62,995 nt of DNA, filler included, from Sphacelaria rigidula (GCA_964200075.2; 6 parts of 6 records of this genome joined end to end with filler, not necessarily neighbours in it), one strand, 5' to 3'; counted from the whole stretch's first letter, positions 13,365 through 26,255 are shown. A program made the numbers and translations. The notes: generated by a model from the letters alone, not told the origin.

Positions 13365-14216
13365 CACCACTCGTAATTTCTGACATCCTAATTAGCCACG
13401 AAGGGTTGGACGTGCCAAGAGTTCGTTTCTTCCAAGGAATTTCACATCTCAGGCTTACCCAACCTTTCACCATATTTCCCTCGTTTCACCCACCTATTTC
13501 CAGCCCCATGGGCGTTGACGCTGACATATCTGTTCCGTCGCCTATTCAACCACTGTCTGCTCCGCCATGTTTGATGCACGAGCTTCTTGCCAGTTATTCT
13601 TCGCGCGATTGGGTACGTTAACAAGTGGAATCGTCGCGTCGCGTGACCATTCAATATAAACAGCAAAGGTGCCCCGTCCGTTTTCTGATTGAGCTTGCGG
13701 TCTCGGTTGGCACACTGCCACCGCCAAACATGAATTAAATGTACGATTACGTTTTGTGCGATTCCAGTTGACAAATAGACCACCACTCGCAGTCAAAAGG
13801 TTGAACCCGTCAGTTCAAGACAGCTCCAGGCTTCCCAAGGGATGATGAACGTATTGCCACGAGGTGGAGAGGCATTCACAATACCTCCTCCTCAGACCCG
13901 CAGATCACGAGCATTGTAGAGTTATGCAATCTTCCTGTACAAAAAAAAGGCACACGCTCTGACCCAGCTACAGATCAAACTGGTGTTTCCCCAATCCTCG
14001 GGAGGCTGGAGGATGAGGAGAGGTATTGACCTCGCATACCTATGCCACCCTCTGCTTGGACTTGCAGCATCAACAACTACATCCCCTCTGGTGATTACGG
14101 GTAAAAGTTAGGAGCAACAATCGTGAAGTTAATAAGAGTGAGACCAGGCTTTCTATTTGATTCAAAAGGTTTGACAACCTGCTGCGTGAGACAAGGAGTG
14201 TGAGTTGATCCTCGAT

Positions 14217-14473
14217 ACTATTCCTTGGCTCAGGCACAGGAAAATGGTTTCAGATCTTTTATTCAAGAGCACCCAAGTTCTACTATAACTTGGGATAGTG
14301 CTGATGAGATGGTGGGTAGATGAATGAGAATGATCAAGGGTGGCGAATTGCTCTGCTGCTCTCAGCCGTACTGTACCACATTTGCACACACTTGACTGTC
14401 GGTACTCGTACGTCACTCCGACCCCCGGTTCTACGTAGATCCAGCATTACTGGGTATCTGAATCACTCGAACA
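14217..14473 (-). repeat. 3' LTR of copia element
   Basis: Near-identical to 17440-17696 (about 6 internal substitutions counted by eye); adjacent PPT at 14474-14483. Confidence 0.9.
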
Positions 14474-14778
14474 CTCCCCCTGATCGGATACCTCAGCACT
14501 CAAGCTTGAAAAACAAATAAGGAGGAAACTCGGCCTTCCGAGCAAAAAAACCCGATCACACAAACTCCACCGCTTGTGCTCAAAACAAACAGCCGTTTTT
14601 CGCAGACGCCAAGGCCAGGGCACCTGCACTCAACAACGGGAAACGCCCCACAAACCCATGCTCCACTAAGTAGCGTGAGCGGCTTCACCCGATGTAAGCG
14701 CAGATGCATTATGGAAACCAAAACCTGAAACATCTAGAGCTGACAAATCGAAAGGCATACAGAAAACAAAATATATGT

Positions 14779-16240
14779 CTACTCGCTGTCCCCAGTGTTC
14801 ATCAAGGCGCGACGGTGCCTGTTGAACAGCGTGAATGGGAGCGGCTTTGTAAGGATATCGGCGTGTTGCCACTTCGAATCCAGAGTGATGCTGCGATAGG
14901 GTCAGCACTTTTACGGCCTGAGAGTAAAATTGTTAGGAACCCTTTATCTCATCCAAAACACGACTTTCGAAATAGGCGAGGGTACGCCAGGGTTTTTCTT
15001 CCAATTTGCTAGGGATATCCCGAATGAATTTGCCAACGGGATATCCTGAGAAACATGCATTCCTTCGCCCCTTCCGCCATAGCTACGTACTCGGCTTCGG
15101 TGGTTGACAGGGTAACGCAGTGTAGTATTCGACTAGCACTTGATACTGTAATTCCCCCGTACATGACAGCTGGATCGGAAACTGACCACCGGTCTACATC
15201 TTTCTTGGCGTAATCAGCGTCACAATAGCCTGTGACCCTACTCTCCCCTGAACTGAAAGTCAGACCGCAGTTTCTGGTCGTGTTGAGGTACGCCAGAATT
15301 TTCAACACCCCTCGCCAGTGTCTTTCACATGAGTCATGTGATTGTCGGGCCAGGTCTCGGGCTGCATTTGCCATGTCAGGCCTGGCTACCCCAGCCAACC
15401 ACATCAAACCTCCGACGGCACTCCGGTATGACCTATCTACAACCTCATCACCTTGCTTCACCGGTCCCAAATCTGCAGACACTGATGCGGGAATATCAGA
15501 AAATTCCGTAACCTCGAAACGCTTCAGCCATGGTGTCGACAAAGGTCGTCTGATTCACGTACGTGGTACCTCTTTTCCAATTCCTCTCTATGGCATACCC
15601 CATATACCACTGGACTTCACCCAAGTTGTTCGTCGGGAATCTGTTGTTGAGGATATTACATACCCTCTCCACTCTCTTCGTTTCTCCCCCAAATAGAATG
15701 TCATCCACATGCACAGCAGGTATGATCAACACTTCCCCCCCTTCCTCCAGTCTGTACAGACACGGGTCAGGTTTACTCTGCGACATTTTCACATCCTCCA
15801 TCAGTGTTTTGTTCAGGAGGAGGGACCATTGAATTCCTGCTTGTTTTACGCCGTATACAGATTTTTCTAGCCTAACCGTGCTACCTGTCACGGGGCCACA
15901 CCCTTCTGGGAGCTTCATGAACACGTTCGTGTCCATTTTGGCTCGTACAAAAGCCTGGGTAACGTCGAAATGATAGAGTGGCCATTTTCTTTGTACTGCC
16001 ACGGTCATGACCAATTTCATGGATGTCATGGTCGGGGTGGCTGCAAACGTCTCAAAATAATCCACCGCGAATCTCTGGCCAAACCCACACGCCACTAATC
16101 TAGCTTTCGCTTTGGTTACAGTATCATCAGCGTCGGTTTTCCAAGCCATTTGGCTGTGATTATGTTTACTCCCTAAGTAATTTCTCCTTTTGAGAATGTA
16201 CCAGCGGTTTCATGCCCATTCAGTTCTCCACGCATGGCAC
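14779..16240 (-). pseudogene. Copia pol RT/RNase H, frameshifted and interrupted
   Basis: ORFs 16149-15496 and 15542-15009 plus the terminal HADILTKPLPFTLFNRHRRALMN segment ending at stop 14779. Confidence 0.9.
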
Positions 16241-16779
16241 TCAACCGTATGTCCTTGTATTCTGACTTCTCTATGTCTTCTACTGTTACAGGGGGAGTTT
16301 CCACATCTCTCACGTGCCGACCGATGGGGGAACGCAAACCAAAACTGGGCTCCTCCTCTGTCCCGTTTTCGGCTGAAGAAACAAAAATACTCCTGCTCCG
16401 CAAAAATCTCTTCGAGCAGCATGGCCGCGCTGCCTCCCACCTCTGGTCCCGCTGCTGCAGTGATCAGCTCCGTCACCCCGCACTTATCCTCCGTCATTCC
16501 ATACAGCAGTCTCCGCTTGAGCCCTCACCTGAACCCTCGCCATCGCGCGGGAGAAAATTTCGTTTCTTTCCCACGCCAGCATCCTCTCCAGTTCCTCTGC
16601 CGCCGATGCTAGCTTGTTTTGGTCGGCTACCGCTCTCGTCGAACTGCGCGCGCGACCTGCCATTTGTGGAGGCAGAGACAATTCATCGTCGAGTGCAAGA
16701 CGGCGTAGCTCCGTCCTTGGGATTTCGGGAGCTCCGAAGCTCCCCCGTCGTTGCGCTCGGGGGTGTCTACGGTTGTCGG

Positions 16780-16900
16780 TGTTGTTGCTGTCGGCGTTGG
16801 CGGCGGCGATGTAGCTGTCGGCGTTGGCGGCGGTGATGTAGATGTCGGCGTTGGCGGCGGTGATGTAGCTGCCGGTGGCGATGTGGCTGTCGGCGGTGAT
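16780..16900. repeat. Pro/Thr-encoding tandem repeat inside the copia element
   Basis: Repeated TGTCGGCGTTGGCGGCGG(T/C)GATGTAG units; reads TSPPPTPT on the minus strand. Confidence 0.85.
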
Positions 16901-17439
16901 CCCCCGTCATCAATGAGATGTGGGACAGGGTTTCGTAAAATCCCGCGCCCCCCCCCCACTTCTGCAAGGAAGCGGCGGGTTCCTCTCACCCCCCCCCCGC
17001 AAATAGCGGGGGTCTGTTATGCCACTTCTGCGTCCAGCTCTGGGTTGGAGAGCAAGAACGACACGTGCCGTGAACCGCGGGGTGAAGCATGCGCCGCCGG
17101 AGTTTGCTGTTCCGCGGACTCGCTGCCGGCCGTCCCTCCCTCGATCTTGTCATCCCTCGCTCCGTCGGGCGTTGGGATCGCTTGATCTTCTTCGCTTTTG
17201 ACGACGCCACTCCACCTCGCGCCTCCGGATTATCGATCTTTGATGCCATCTACCCTACCCTGTATTACAGTCTGTGTAGATTGCACACATTTTACTATCT
17301 CTGTCAGTGTGCTAAACTGACCACTGAACAGACTCATCATACTTTCAAGCTGACTCGTGTGAGCCCCTCTAACCTTTTTTCTGAGGACGGAGCGTTACCA
17401 TCGTTCCCAGCCATACTTTCCCAATCGATTGATCACTAA

Positions 17440-17696
17440 TGTATTCCTTGCCTCAGGCACAGGAAAATGGTTTCAGATCTTTTATTCAAGAGCACCCAAG
17501 TTCTTCTATAACTTGGGAGAGTGCTGATGATATGGTGGGTAGATGAATGAGAATGATCAAGGGTGGCGAATTGCTCTGCTGCTCTCAGCCGCACTGTACC
17601 ACATTTGCACACACTTGACTGTCGGTACTCGTACGTCACTCCGACCCCCGGTTCTACGTAGACCCAGCATTACTGGGTATCTGAATCACTCGAACA
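17440..17696 (-). repeat. 5' LTR of copia element
   Basis: TGT...ACA termini; direct repeat of 14217-14473. Confidence 0.9.
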
Positions 17697-18217
17697 TATA
17701 GTGATCGTGCCCTTATCTCACGAAGACAGCTCTATTTAATACAAAATGTATCTAGCCTGTCACCACAGACAGTATACTTGCTAAATAAAGTCGAATATGT
17801 ACTACAGCGTTTTCGTGAGATTGGGCGTAAAGCGGTGATTGAGAGTGGCTGTGATAATTCGCTTCACCTTCGTCATTTTTTAATCATGTATGTGCTTTTC
17901 TTTGCCCCCATAACTTGCTTGTGCTTTCAGCTACACGTCGATATCCTACTCAGGGATATCAAGGGCCTCAGTAGCCAGCTATTATCAAAGTAAGCATATT
18001 GGGCCTCGTGGAGGAGTATTTCGGAACTGAAACGATTCATTGACTAATTGACCGCTCCTCACTCTCAATGATATCCTCTACTCTCAGTTTTACGAAAACA
18101 TTTCTGTACGCACATTGAAAAGTATCCGTGACTCTTCATTTCTCGGGGGACGCTAAAGCCACGAGAAATCTAGTTTGGAAGCCACGCCCTTGATTTCCTG
18201 CACGTTACAGCTCTGAC

Positions 18218-20008
18218 CTGCAAGGCGTTCGATCCGCCGCAGTATTCCGTAGAAGAGCCCGTGCAGGACTTAGTGCAGCTGGACTGAGGGAGGCTTCCCA
18301 GGCCGGCGTAGTCCGCCCCGGGGACACCACACCAGCACTCCGAGCCGTACTGCAGCCCAAAGTACTGGTACAACCCTTTCGTGTTACAGAAGTCGAAGCA
18401 GAACTGTTTAATACAGACAGGAACGGGCGCGCAGGGAAAACGGGAAATACAGGGGTGATGAAATTTTTGGAAGGATCGGGCAGTTATTACAACTTCACGT
18501 ACGTTGAGATACGTTGACTTATTGAGCACACTGTTGACGGTCGCCCCGGTGGCTCAGTTAGTAACTTCGAAGCATTTTGACGGTTGGATCGTAGGGTTGC
18601 ATCTCGGGGCGATCTCGGGTTTGTTTTTAACACAATGCCCACAATGCCCAGTGGTGAGAAGCGACCGTGTCATGGGTGCACACAATTCGTCTTATGAGAG
18701 ATATCTCAAACGCGGCTCCCGGTATCCTGGTTCGTTTCATTCTATTTTTTCAAGTGAAAGTGATGGCGATTCATCAGATGATGAGACCCTTTCACCGCCA
18801 GGTCAGGTCCTCCCATGAATCGCTATCACTTTCGCTTGAAAAAATAGTACACAACGCAGAGCCAACGAATAAATCAGGGTAGCAGGAGCCGGGTTTGAGA
18901 TACCTCTTACGGTGGTCGACGAAGGAAAGAGACTACGGTGAGCCCCTCCCGCAATAAAAATTTAACGGCAAGTACCGCAGAAGAAAGGTGGGGAATGAAA
19001 ACGAACAAAATACAAAAGCTCCTGTGTTGGGCTTCCTCCCGGGTCACCCCGGCTGGTGCGTCCACACATTATACCGAAAAGGTGTGTACTGGCGTCTAGA
19101 ATAGATGGGACGATGACATGCACACATACACAGTAGTCTCGTCCTGTTTTCGGTGACCGTACCCCACGAAGATGTTATTTTCGGTTAATATATTGCGTAG
19201 GATTACCACATTCTCCATTTCGACATGGGTGCAAGACAACACGCACACGCGGCCATTTGGCTACCCCCAGAATGTCTCCGGAGAGATGTGCGGTCCTCCG
19301 GAGGCAAAACAAGCCTCCGGAGGCCTTCAATCCCTCTGGAGGAAACCAAACAATACCTACCCGGAGGGTCGCGCACCCCTCCGGAGAAATTAGGGGGTAT
19401 GCGCGGCCCTCCAGAGGCAAGAACAAGCTTCCGGAGGCGTTTAATCTCTCTGGAGGGAACCAAAAAATATCCTCTGGAGGGCCGCGCACCCCTCCGGAGG
19501 CGTTCAATTCCTCTGGAGGCTCGAAAAGTTTTCCCACCTGGAGGAATTTCGGGGGTAGCCAAATGGCAGCGTGTGCAAACCTCCTCGAGGAAATCTGGGG
19601 AAATGATGGGTGCAGCGTTGACGTCAAGGATTTTTTGCTTTGCACACCGCGGGCTATGTTGTGACATTTTGTTTTTCCATTTCTCGTTACCTGGCAGACT
19701 CGCGTATGTTGTCGTGTTTAATGCGTGAGAGCGCCGCGTGCTCAGAGGTTAGGGTAAGGGTTAGGGTGAGTGTTGAGGTGAGGGTCAGGGGCGTGATACC
19801 TGCAGGGACTCACCCGATTGGTTTTGAAAAACGTCGATCCTGGGGTATTTTGAACTACGGCGCGGTCATTCAAGCACGCGATCCTCTCACGCATTACAGT
19901 TGTGTTCACCTGCCGATGGTTGTCAGGGCTTCCCTTGATTCCCGCCTCGAAGCGGCGAGCGCTCTGTGAGTCTACATAGCATCCCAGATCCTTTGAATCG
20001 GTGGCTGC
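18218..20008 (-). CDS. WSC carbohydrate-binding domain protein, two internal exons (20008-19910, 18403-18218)
   Basis: Spliced: AATDSKDLGCYVDSQSARRFEAGIKGSPDNHRQ|FCFDFCNTKGLYQYFGLQYGSECWCG...SSCTKSCTGSSTEYCGGSNALQ|; 8-Cys WSC pattern, phase-0 GT-AG junctions. The acceptor of the first exon is less certain. Confidence 0.85.
18540..19130 (+). mobile_element. tRNA-derived SINE family A (interrupted copy)
   Basis: A box TGGCTCAGTTAG and degenerate B box; shared 3' tail CCTGTGTTG..CTTCCTCC...ATAGATGGGA..(CA)n. Confidence 0.75.
18695..18906. mobile_element. PIF/Harbinger-like MITE nested in a SINE
   Basis: TIR GATATCTCAAACGCGGCTCC / GGAGCCGGGTTTGAGATACC, flanked by TTA...TTA; splits the SINE at a site that is contiguous in the copy at 24328. 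Confidence 0.7.
19244..19575. mobile_element. CAC-terminated MITE with internal CTCCGGAG subrepeats (CACTA/CMC-like)
   Basis: TIR CACACGCGGCCATTTGGCTACCCCC / GGGGGTAGCCAAATGGCAGCGTGTG. Confidence 0.8.
19719..19896. mobile_element. Second copy of the TTAGGG-bearing MITE (in the WSC intron)
   Basis: TAATGCGTGAGAG...CTCTCACGCATTA; inside GGTTAGGGTAAGGGTTAGGG; a third partial TIR lies at 31570-31608. Confidence 0.85.
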
Positions 20009-20429
20009 CTGCGCGACGGTGGCAAGAACGGAAGTACGGAGCGATAAGAGCTGGGCGACGCTGGGTACGAAATACCGCGAAGATGCACATGCCGAAAAAT
20101 ACAATGTGCACACATTGTATTTTCCGGCATTCAATGCGCTTGAGTGGAGCACCCAGTTTTGTCGGCGCGGTGGAAGTATCGGTATACCAAATCCAACATA
20201 CTCTCGATATACTCCAAACCACACGCATCAACAACGTATCGCACTTCCCCATCTCTTATGTACACTATATATATGAGCATTTCATGCTCATATGGATGGA
20301 AATCCGAAAAAATAAAAAATAATACAATTGAAATAGGGCAATGATGTATGCCTTGGATGACCGCCAGGCAAAATAACAGCTTGTTTCATGACATTCAGGG
20401 CACTTTCTACGGTAGCCCCCCCCCGAAAA

Positions 20430-20900
20430 AGTAGAAAAGGAAAACAAAATCAACGAGGCACAAGCAGGATTTAGATCAAACCGTAGTTGCGTAGACCATG
20501 TGTACACACTAAGTAAGATTATTCAGGGTGGAAGACAACGGGCGGACAACGTACTGTTTCTTTCTGGGCGTGCAAAAGGCTTATGACACAGTATGGAGAA
20601 ATGGGTTGTGGAAGAAGTTGTGGGAAGCTGGAATCAGAGGAAAGATTTGGAGAAGGGGGAAGAAAATGACAGAATGTGCCAAAAGTGCCATGATGCTAGA
20701 TGGGGAAATATCGCAATATTCCGATATCTTACAAGGGGTTGCACAAGGATGTACGTCATCACTCACTTTGTTCAAGGTATTTATCAATGACTTGATGATA
20801 GCAATAGAAGCAGCAAAGCAAGGGGTTCAGGTGGGTGGAGATATGGTATCAGGATTGATGTTTGCGGATGATTTTGTGGAGATTTCAGGGACGACACCAG
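20430..20900 (+). mobile_element. Non-LTR (LINE) reverse transcriptase fragment
   Basis: EAQAGFRSNRSCVDH, frameshift, FLGVQKAYDTVWR, QGVAQGC..S.TLFKVFINDL, LMFADDFV. Confidence 0.93.
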
Positions 20901-20933
20901 AAAACAGCCGATTTTCGAAAATGGGGTTGAAAA

Positions 20934-21033
20934 NNNNNNNNNNNNNNNNNNNNNNNNNNNNNNNNNNNNNNNNNNNNTTAATTAATTAANNNNNNNNNNN
21001 NNNNNNNNNNNNNNNNNNNNNNNNNNNNNNNNN
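20934..21033. other. Artificial contig spacer
   Basis: Same N44-TTAATTAATTAA-N44 structure. Confidence 0.98.
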
Positions 21034-21325
21034 CGTGTACTCGTTCTCCCAGATCCAGCTGTACAGCATGACCATCATGGTGATCATTCTTGCTGTCCCA
21101 TGCTTCAAAAACTAATTCACTATTCCGTCTGCTCCTGCTGCCTTTCTGTTCTTGAGTTTAGCTACGCACTCCTCTACTTCATCTTTAGTAAACTCTCTCT
21201 GCATATCTGCCATGCCTCTATCCTCCCGTTTCGACGTCTGCACATTTGCCTCTACCCACGCGTTGATTTCTTTTTCGAATTCCTTGAGTCATGTAGGGAA
21301 GAATCATTAAAAAAATGTATATTTA

Positions 21326-21674
21326 CAAGGTTGTGTTCCTGTAGGGTACGATCTTTTGTGTACCCGGGGTATGTACCTGGGTATGATTACCCGTATCCGA
21401 CACCTCTGTGAGGTCTGTAAGCTTCTGATACCGGTACTCGATAGTTCTGTAAGATCCTCACGAAGTGTTTACCCTTACACGGGGTAACGGTTCACGATCG
21501 TACCAATACGCGGGTGCGGGTCATGGTTTCTATACAACCTCCATACCGTACCCGATGGCTCGTGTATGTAAGTTCTGCGAGACTTCCATGCCGGTACCCG
21601 ACAGTTCTGGAAGTTCTGCAAACAGATCTTATGCACTACCGAGACATACCTGTACCCTACAGAACAAAAACTTG
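21326..21674. mobile_element. MITE with CAAG-type TIRs
   Basis: CAAGGTTGTGTTCCTGTAGGGTAC ... GTACCCTACAGAACAAAAACTTG; no clear TSD. Confidence 0.65.
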
Positions 21675-22882
21675 TCAATATACACTCTTCAAGATTTTTT
21701 TTTTTCCCGTACCTGGAGAGGCTTCGGAGGATTAGTCTCAAAATCTTTGATCAACAGGCTCCGTCTCTCGGGCTCCTTCAGCTTGTTCGCCACTCTTTCC
21801 CTCAGTCGAGAGAGGACCGTGTACTTGTTTGGGGCGAGATTGGTCGCTCCTTGTCCATCGCCACCAGCGCCTTGTCCCTGAAAGTATATGTGGGAGGGGA
21901 GTTCATGCAGTAACCACCACGTGAAAGGGACAAATTCCCACAAAATGTCTGCCAAGGAATAACCTTTTCACATGTATATTAATACAGTATATATTACAAT
22001 TAATTAATTATTTCATTATTTCTTTGGTTGGTTGATGATCGGATGGTTGGCTGATTGAATTTTATTTACAGGGCAAGGGAAAGACGATGTGTCAACTCTC
22101 ACTCACTGCCCAACCGCGGCGTTGACTTTCGTCAACTTTTTTTTTCGCCACCCAAGTCCTCACACTTCTCCATCCTCTCAACGATGGAAATCATATATAA
22201 TATAATAATCCCTGAGGGGCGAATGAAAAAATATATGTGTAAGAAATAAAAAACAGAGCAGGATACCTCCCGGTTTTTTTTTTACCCTTTGACTCCACCG
22301 TCATTGATTGATTGTATCATACATTAGGATGTGTGAAAAAAAAAAAAAGGTCCTGTAGGATGCTACTAGGGTGGGAGGACCACCAGAGCGCACACCGGTT
22401 GTTTCATGCCGCTTCATTTCAAGTCCCTGGTGAGGAAAACTCTTGTGTGCCGTACAGCTGAAGCAAAGAAAACAGCAGTGCAGGTAGTACAAAGGTGGCA
22501 AGGGTGAGAGTGTTGGGGTGGGGTGGGGTGGGGTACCCCACGATACCCGGGTAGTTTGAAAAGCCGTACTCTTGGAACTCCATATATTGGGTAAAGCATT
22601 CAAGGGTCGGACAAATAATGAGTCGTCTGGAAATGACTTGGATTTAGTCTGATTGATTCGAATCATACGAATCAATCCTTATGCTTTGTTTTCAGCGTTG
22701 CAACCCAGGTGTACGCGCAGCCCAGACACGTGGAAATGGCGCAAAAATTGCGTGGATACGTAACCCTTGGACCAACGGTCAACTCTTTTTTTCTCCCTTT
22801 CGGGCAATCAGGCCGAAGAAATGCGTGGATTTGGTGATTAGTAGTCGTGATGATTCATTCGTCCTAACCGTGAAACCATTAA

Positions 22883-23170
22883 CCCTTTCGGAACCGTTGA
22901 TGGAAAAGTGACGGTTTACAAACTCCCACATGCGAGCTTTCGACACCGGGGAAACGTCACTTCGAGTTCGGTGCGAACAAGAATCTGTCACATTATTAGA
23001 ATACTTGAACTGAGAGTGGTGCACCGTTTATTTGGTGGGCTGAATCATCAAGCAGTTACAGAAAAAAACAGAAAAAGCAGAAAAAACATCAACGACAACA
23101 ACAACCACATCTTGCCCAAGAAAACGCCAATTGTAAAATCGTCACTTTTCCGTCAACGGTTCCAAAAGGG
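22883..23170. mobile_element. piggyBac-like MITE
   Basis: TTAA|CCCTTTCGGAACCGTTGATGGAAAAGTGACG ... CGTCACTTTTCCGTCAACGGTTCCAAAAGGG|TTAA. Confidence 0.88.
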
Positions 23171-24327
23171 TTAATATTGTACCGAAATTACCCAAGCTTT
23201 GGGCAGGGTGTTGAGGCCATATCTAAGTGATTGATCCATATCTGGAAATTTACCGACATTACATACCCAAATAGTGTGGGTCGGGTATAGAGATCATACC
23301 CAGTTTTGTTTTGCCGTGGGTACGTCTATAATGTTACCACGGCTGGACGAACAAGTCGCCCAGCTCTCCCTAAAAATTGGGTAGAGCAATGAGATCATAA
23401 CCAAGTGATACTCCATACGTATGTGGTGTTGAGAGTATCGTATTTGTGCGGGTCATCGCACACCCCCTGGATCGAATTTCAAAGCTTGATTACTCCATGA
23501 CGAAGAGGGTGCCAATACCAACCGACGCGTTTCCGGACAGCTATCGACGAGATTTTTCCAGCGTCACCCTTCTCAGAACTGATGCTCTCCTTGTTGTGGG
23601 GTGATCGAGCTTTGAAATTCGGTCCAGGGGGTGTGCGATGACTCGTACAATTACGGTACTCCCCTAATCTCCAGGTGCAGTATCGGAGCTCATACCCAAC
23701 CCCACCCATTATTCAGGTGGAGTATCAAGTATTGAGCTCATATTCAAACTCTACCCAACATTCGGGTACAGTATTTGAGGTCGTGTATCCAAACTACCCC
23801 CAAAACTTGGTGGGTTAAGCTCCCGGGTGATACACCCGTGTGTGTTTTCAGAAGTATTTAGCCTCCCAGACGCTGCAACTCACATATTCGTAGCCACGGT
23901 TTTGAGAACTCCGTTCGCGAGTCTACTAATGCTACACACAGAACAAGCTTCTGCTATTTTTTACTTGTTTTGACTTCTGTAGTTCTCACCAGTATATGTG
24001 TTATAGGAGACACCACGCTACCGAAACTACCAAAGGCAGGTGGGGTAGGGTATGTACTTTGGGATACTCGGCTGAAATACCCGGGTATTCACTAAACCCA
24101 AGGTTTGGGTAGATTGGGCACGACCTCAAGTACTCCACCCAGATTTTGGGTAGATTGAGTACGACCTCATATATCCTACCCAATTTTCGGGTAAGCACTC
24201 TCAGCAATACCTGGGTATAGAGCTTCACCTGGGGATGACCTCAGAACTCTTCGTAAGTTTTGAGTACATTGGGTACGGCCTCGGATACTCCACCCGAATT
24301 TTGGGCAGAGAAGTGAAGTCATATCAA

Positions 24328-24700
24328 GCCGGTAACAACGGTGGCTCACTCGGGAAACTCGAAACCTTTTGTGACGGTTGGGTCCGGGGTTCGAATCTCG
24401 GAGCGATCTGGATTTTTTTTCTCACACCGTGCGCAACAATGGAGAGCGAGTATATCGTGGGTAAACAAAATTCGACTTTATGGTCGACGAGGGAAAAGGA
24501 CTGCTGGACCCCTCCCGCGATACAAAAAACAAAGGCAAGCACTGCAGAAGGAAGGCGGGTACTGAAACCAAATAAAAAAAAAAAAGTCCTGTGTTGACCT
24601 TCCTCCTGTGTGACCCCGGCTGATGCGCCGACATATACCGAAAGGTGAAGTCCGGCGTCCATAATAAATGGGATGACAACACACACACACACACATACAC
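24328..24700 (+). mobile_element. tRNA-derived SINE family A
   Basis: GGTGGCTCACTCGG A box, GGTTCGAATCTC B box, shared tail ending in (CA)n. Confidence 0.8.
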
Positions 24701-25008
24701 CCACGTGATGCTCTACCCAAATATTGGGTGAGCACTCTCAGCAATACCTGGGTATGGAGTATCACTTGGGTATGACCTCAATATCTTACCTGAAAATTGG
24801 GTGTGTTGGGAACGCTGTGAAATACTCCACCCGAATTAGGTACGATTTCAAAGTCTTAGCACACATCATTTTTTTTATCGAGAAAAAGCGCGGTGGGATT
24901 GATCTGAGCGAATTCGTTCATATCTCGCGAGTTGGGTCCAAGCGAACTTGCAAGCTTTCGATCGAAAAGTGACTGAAATTCTTGAAGCGGCACTTGTTTG
25001 CTCGCCTA

Positions 25009-25053
25009 CAGTACAGTACAGTACAGTACAGTACAGTACAGTACAGCACAGTA
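25009..25053. repeat. (CAGTA)n microsatellite
   Basis: Direct reading. Confidence 0.95.
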
Positions 25054-26255
25054 CTGCGCTGTACTGTTGTCTGCGCTGTAAGCATACAGTGTGCCGAGTG
25101 CATGTGTTACGTGTTTCGTACAGGAGTATGTGAAAGAGAAGCGGGCGACGTGCAGTGCAGACAGCGCAGGACTATCTGTACTCTCTGCTTACTACTACAG
25201 TGCAACGGGGGAATGACTTCAACAACATGCAGCTTTCTACTGCGTGCACTATCCATGAGTGTGCGCAAGTCGGTCTTCCACACCACCACGCAGTTCCGTC
25301 GCCGATCCTCACATTAAGGAAGCTCAAGTTTTCGCCAGCAAAAAAAAGAAACAGATCATACCCAACTACTGTAGTGTATCTATCCCTGTGCCGAACTCGT
25401 GCTCTAAGCCGCAGGGTTGCGGTCGTAGCTGAGAATGAGTTGTGTGGGGTTTACATGGTTCAATCTGTGAACGGGTGGTATCTGGCGTGCTGGTCTGCAA
25501 GATACGAGTCAACTGCTCATCCGTGTCTTTTCTCAGCATATTTTCAAGGTTCGGACGAATCATCGTCGGTTCGAATCACCAAATCCACGATCTTGTAAAC
25601 CTGATTGCTCGAAAGAGAGAATAAGAGAGAATCAAGTAGCCGGCTGATGAAAAAAAAATCCACGCAATTTTTGCTCCACCCCACGTGCCTGGGTTGCAAG
25701 GCTGAAAACAATGCCCAAGCATTGATTCGTACTATACGAATCAATCACACTAGAATCAAGTGATTTCCCGACGACTCATTACTGTAATTTGTGCAACCCT
25801 TGCATGTTTTCGATCGAAAAAGCCAAGAGCAGGTCGAGTAGGGTATAATGTACTTTTGAATACTCGGGTGGAATAACCGGGTTTTCAACTCTACTCAAAT
25901 TTTGGGTAGATTAGGTACGACCTCAAACACTCCACTAAAAAATCTGGGTTTAGACTGGGTACGACCTCAAATACTCCATCTCAAAAATATTGCGTGCACG
26001 CTCTCAGCGATACCCCAGTGTAGGGATTCACTTGGGTATGACCTCAATACTCTCACCAAATTTGGGTATTTTGGGTACGATTTCGATTCTCTACCCAAAT
26101 GCTCGGGTATGGTTTTTCAAAATTCCGAGTTTTGGGTGTACCCTGCACGACCTGCCCTTGGAAACTACTGTACCGACAACAGTGCAGGTACGTATGCTGT
26201 AGTACAGGCAGCATATCCGTGAGATTAATCGACTGATCTTGTGACGTCCTACTGT

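Larger units (their letters stand above)
14217..17696 (-). mobile_element. Internally deleted Ty1/copia LTR retrotransposon (~3.5 kb)
   Basis: Two ~257-bp direct repeats; PPT TCAGGGGGAG (minus strand) abuts the 3' LTR; RT motifs KARLVACGFGQ, DVTQAF, LEKSVYGVKQA, VHVDDIL; RNase H motifs YCDADYA, LSTTEAEY, ADILTKPL. Confidence 0.92.
24031..26160. mobile_element. Composite non-autonomous hAT-like element with 8-bp TSD
   Basis: GAAACTAC at 24023-24030 and 26161-26168; TIR CAAAGGCAGGTGGGGTAGGGTA / TACCCTGCACGACCTGCCCTTG-like. Confidence 0.8.

Noticed and set aside
19244..19575. Regularly spaced CTCCGGAG palindromes as a CRISPR-like array, with long overlapping ORFs
   Set aside because: Repeats are short and degenerate, bounded by TIRs, and the whole unit recurs at 32259; no cas genes are present, and the ORFs result from repeat composition
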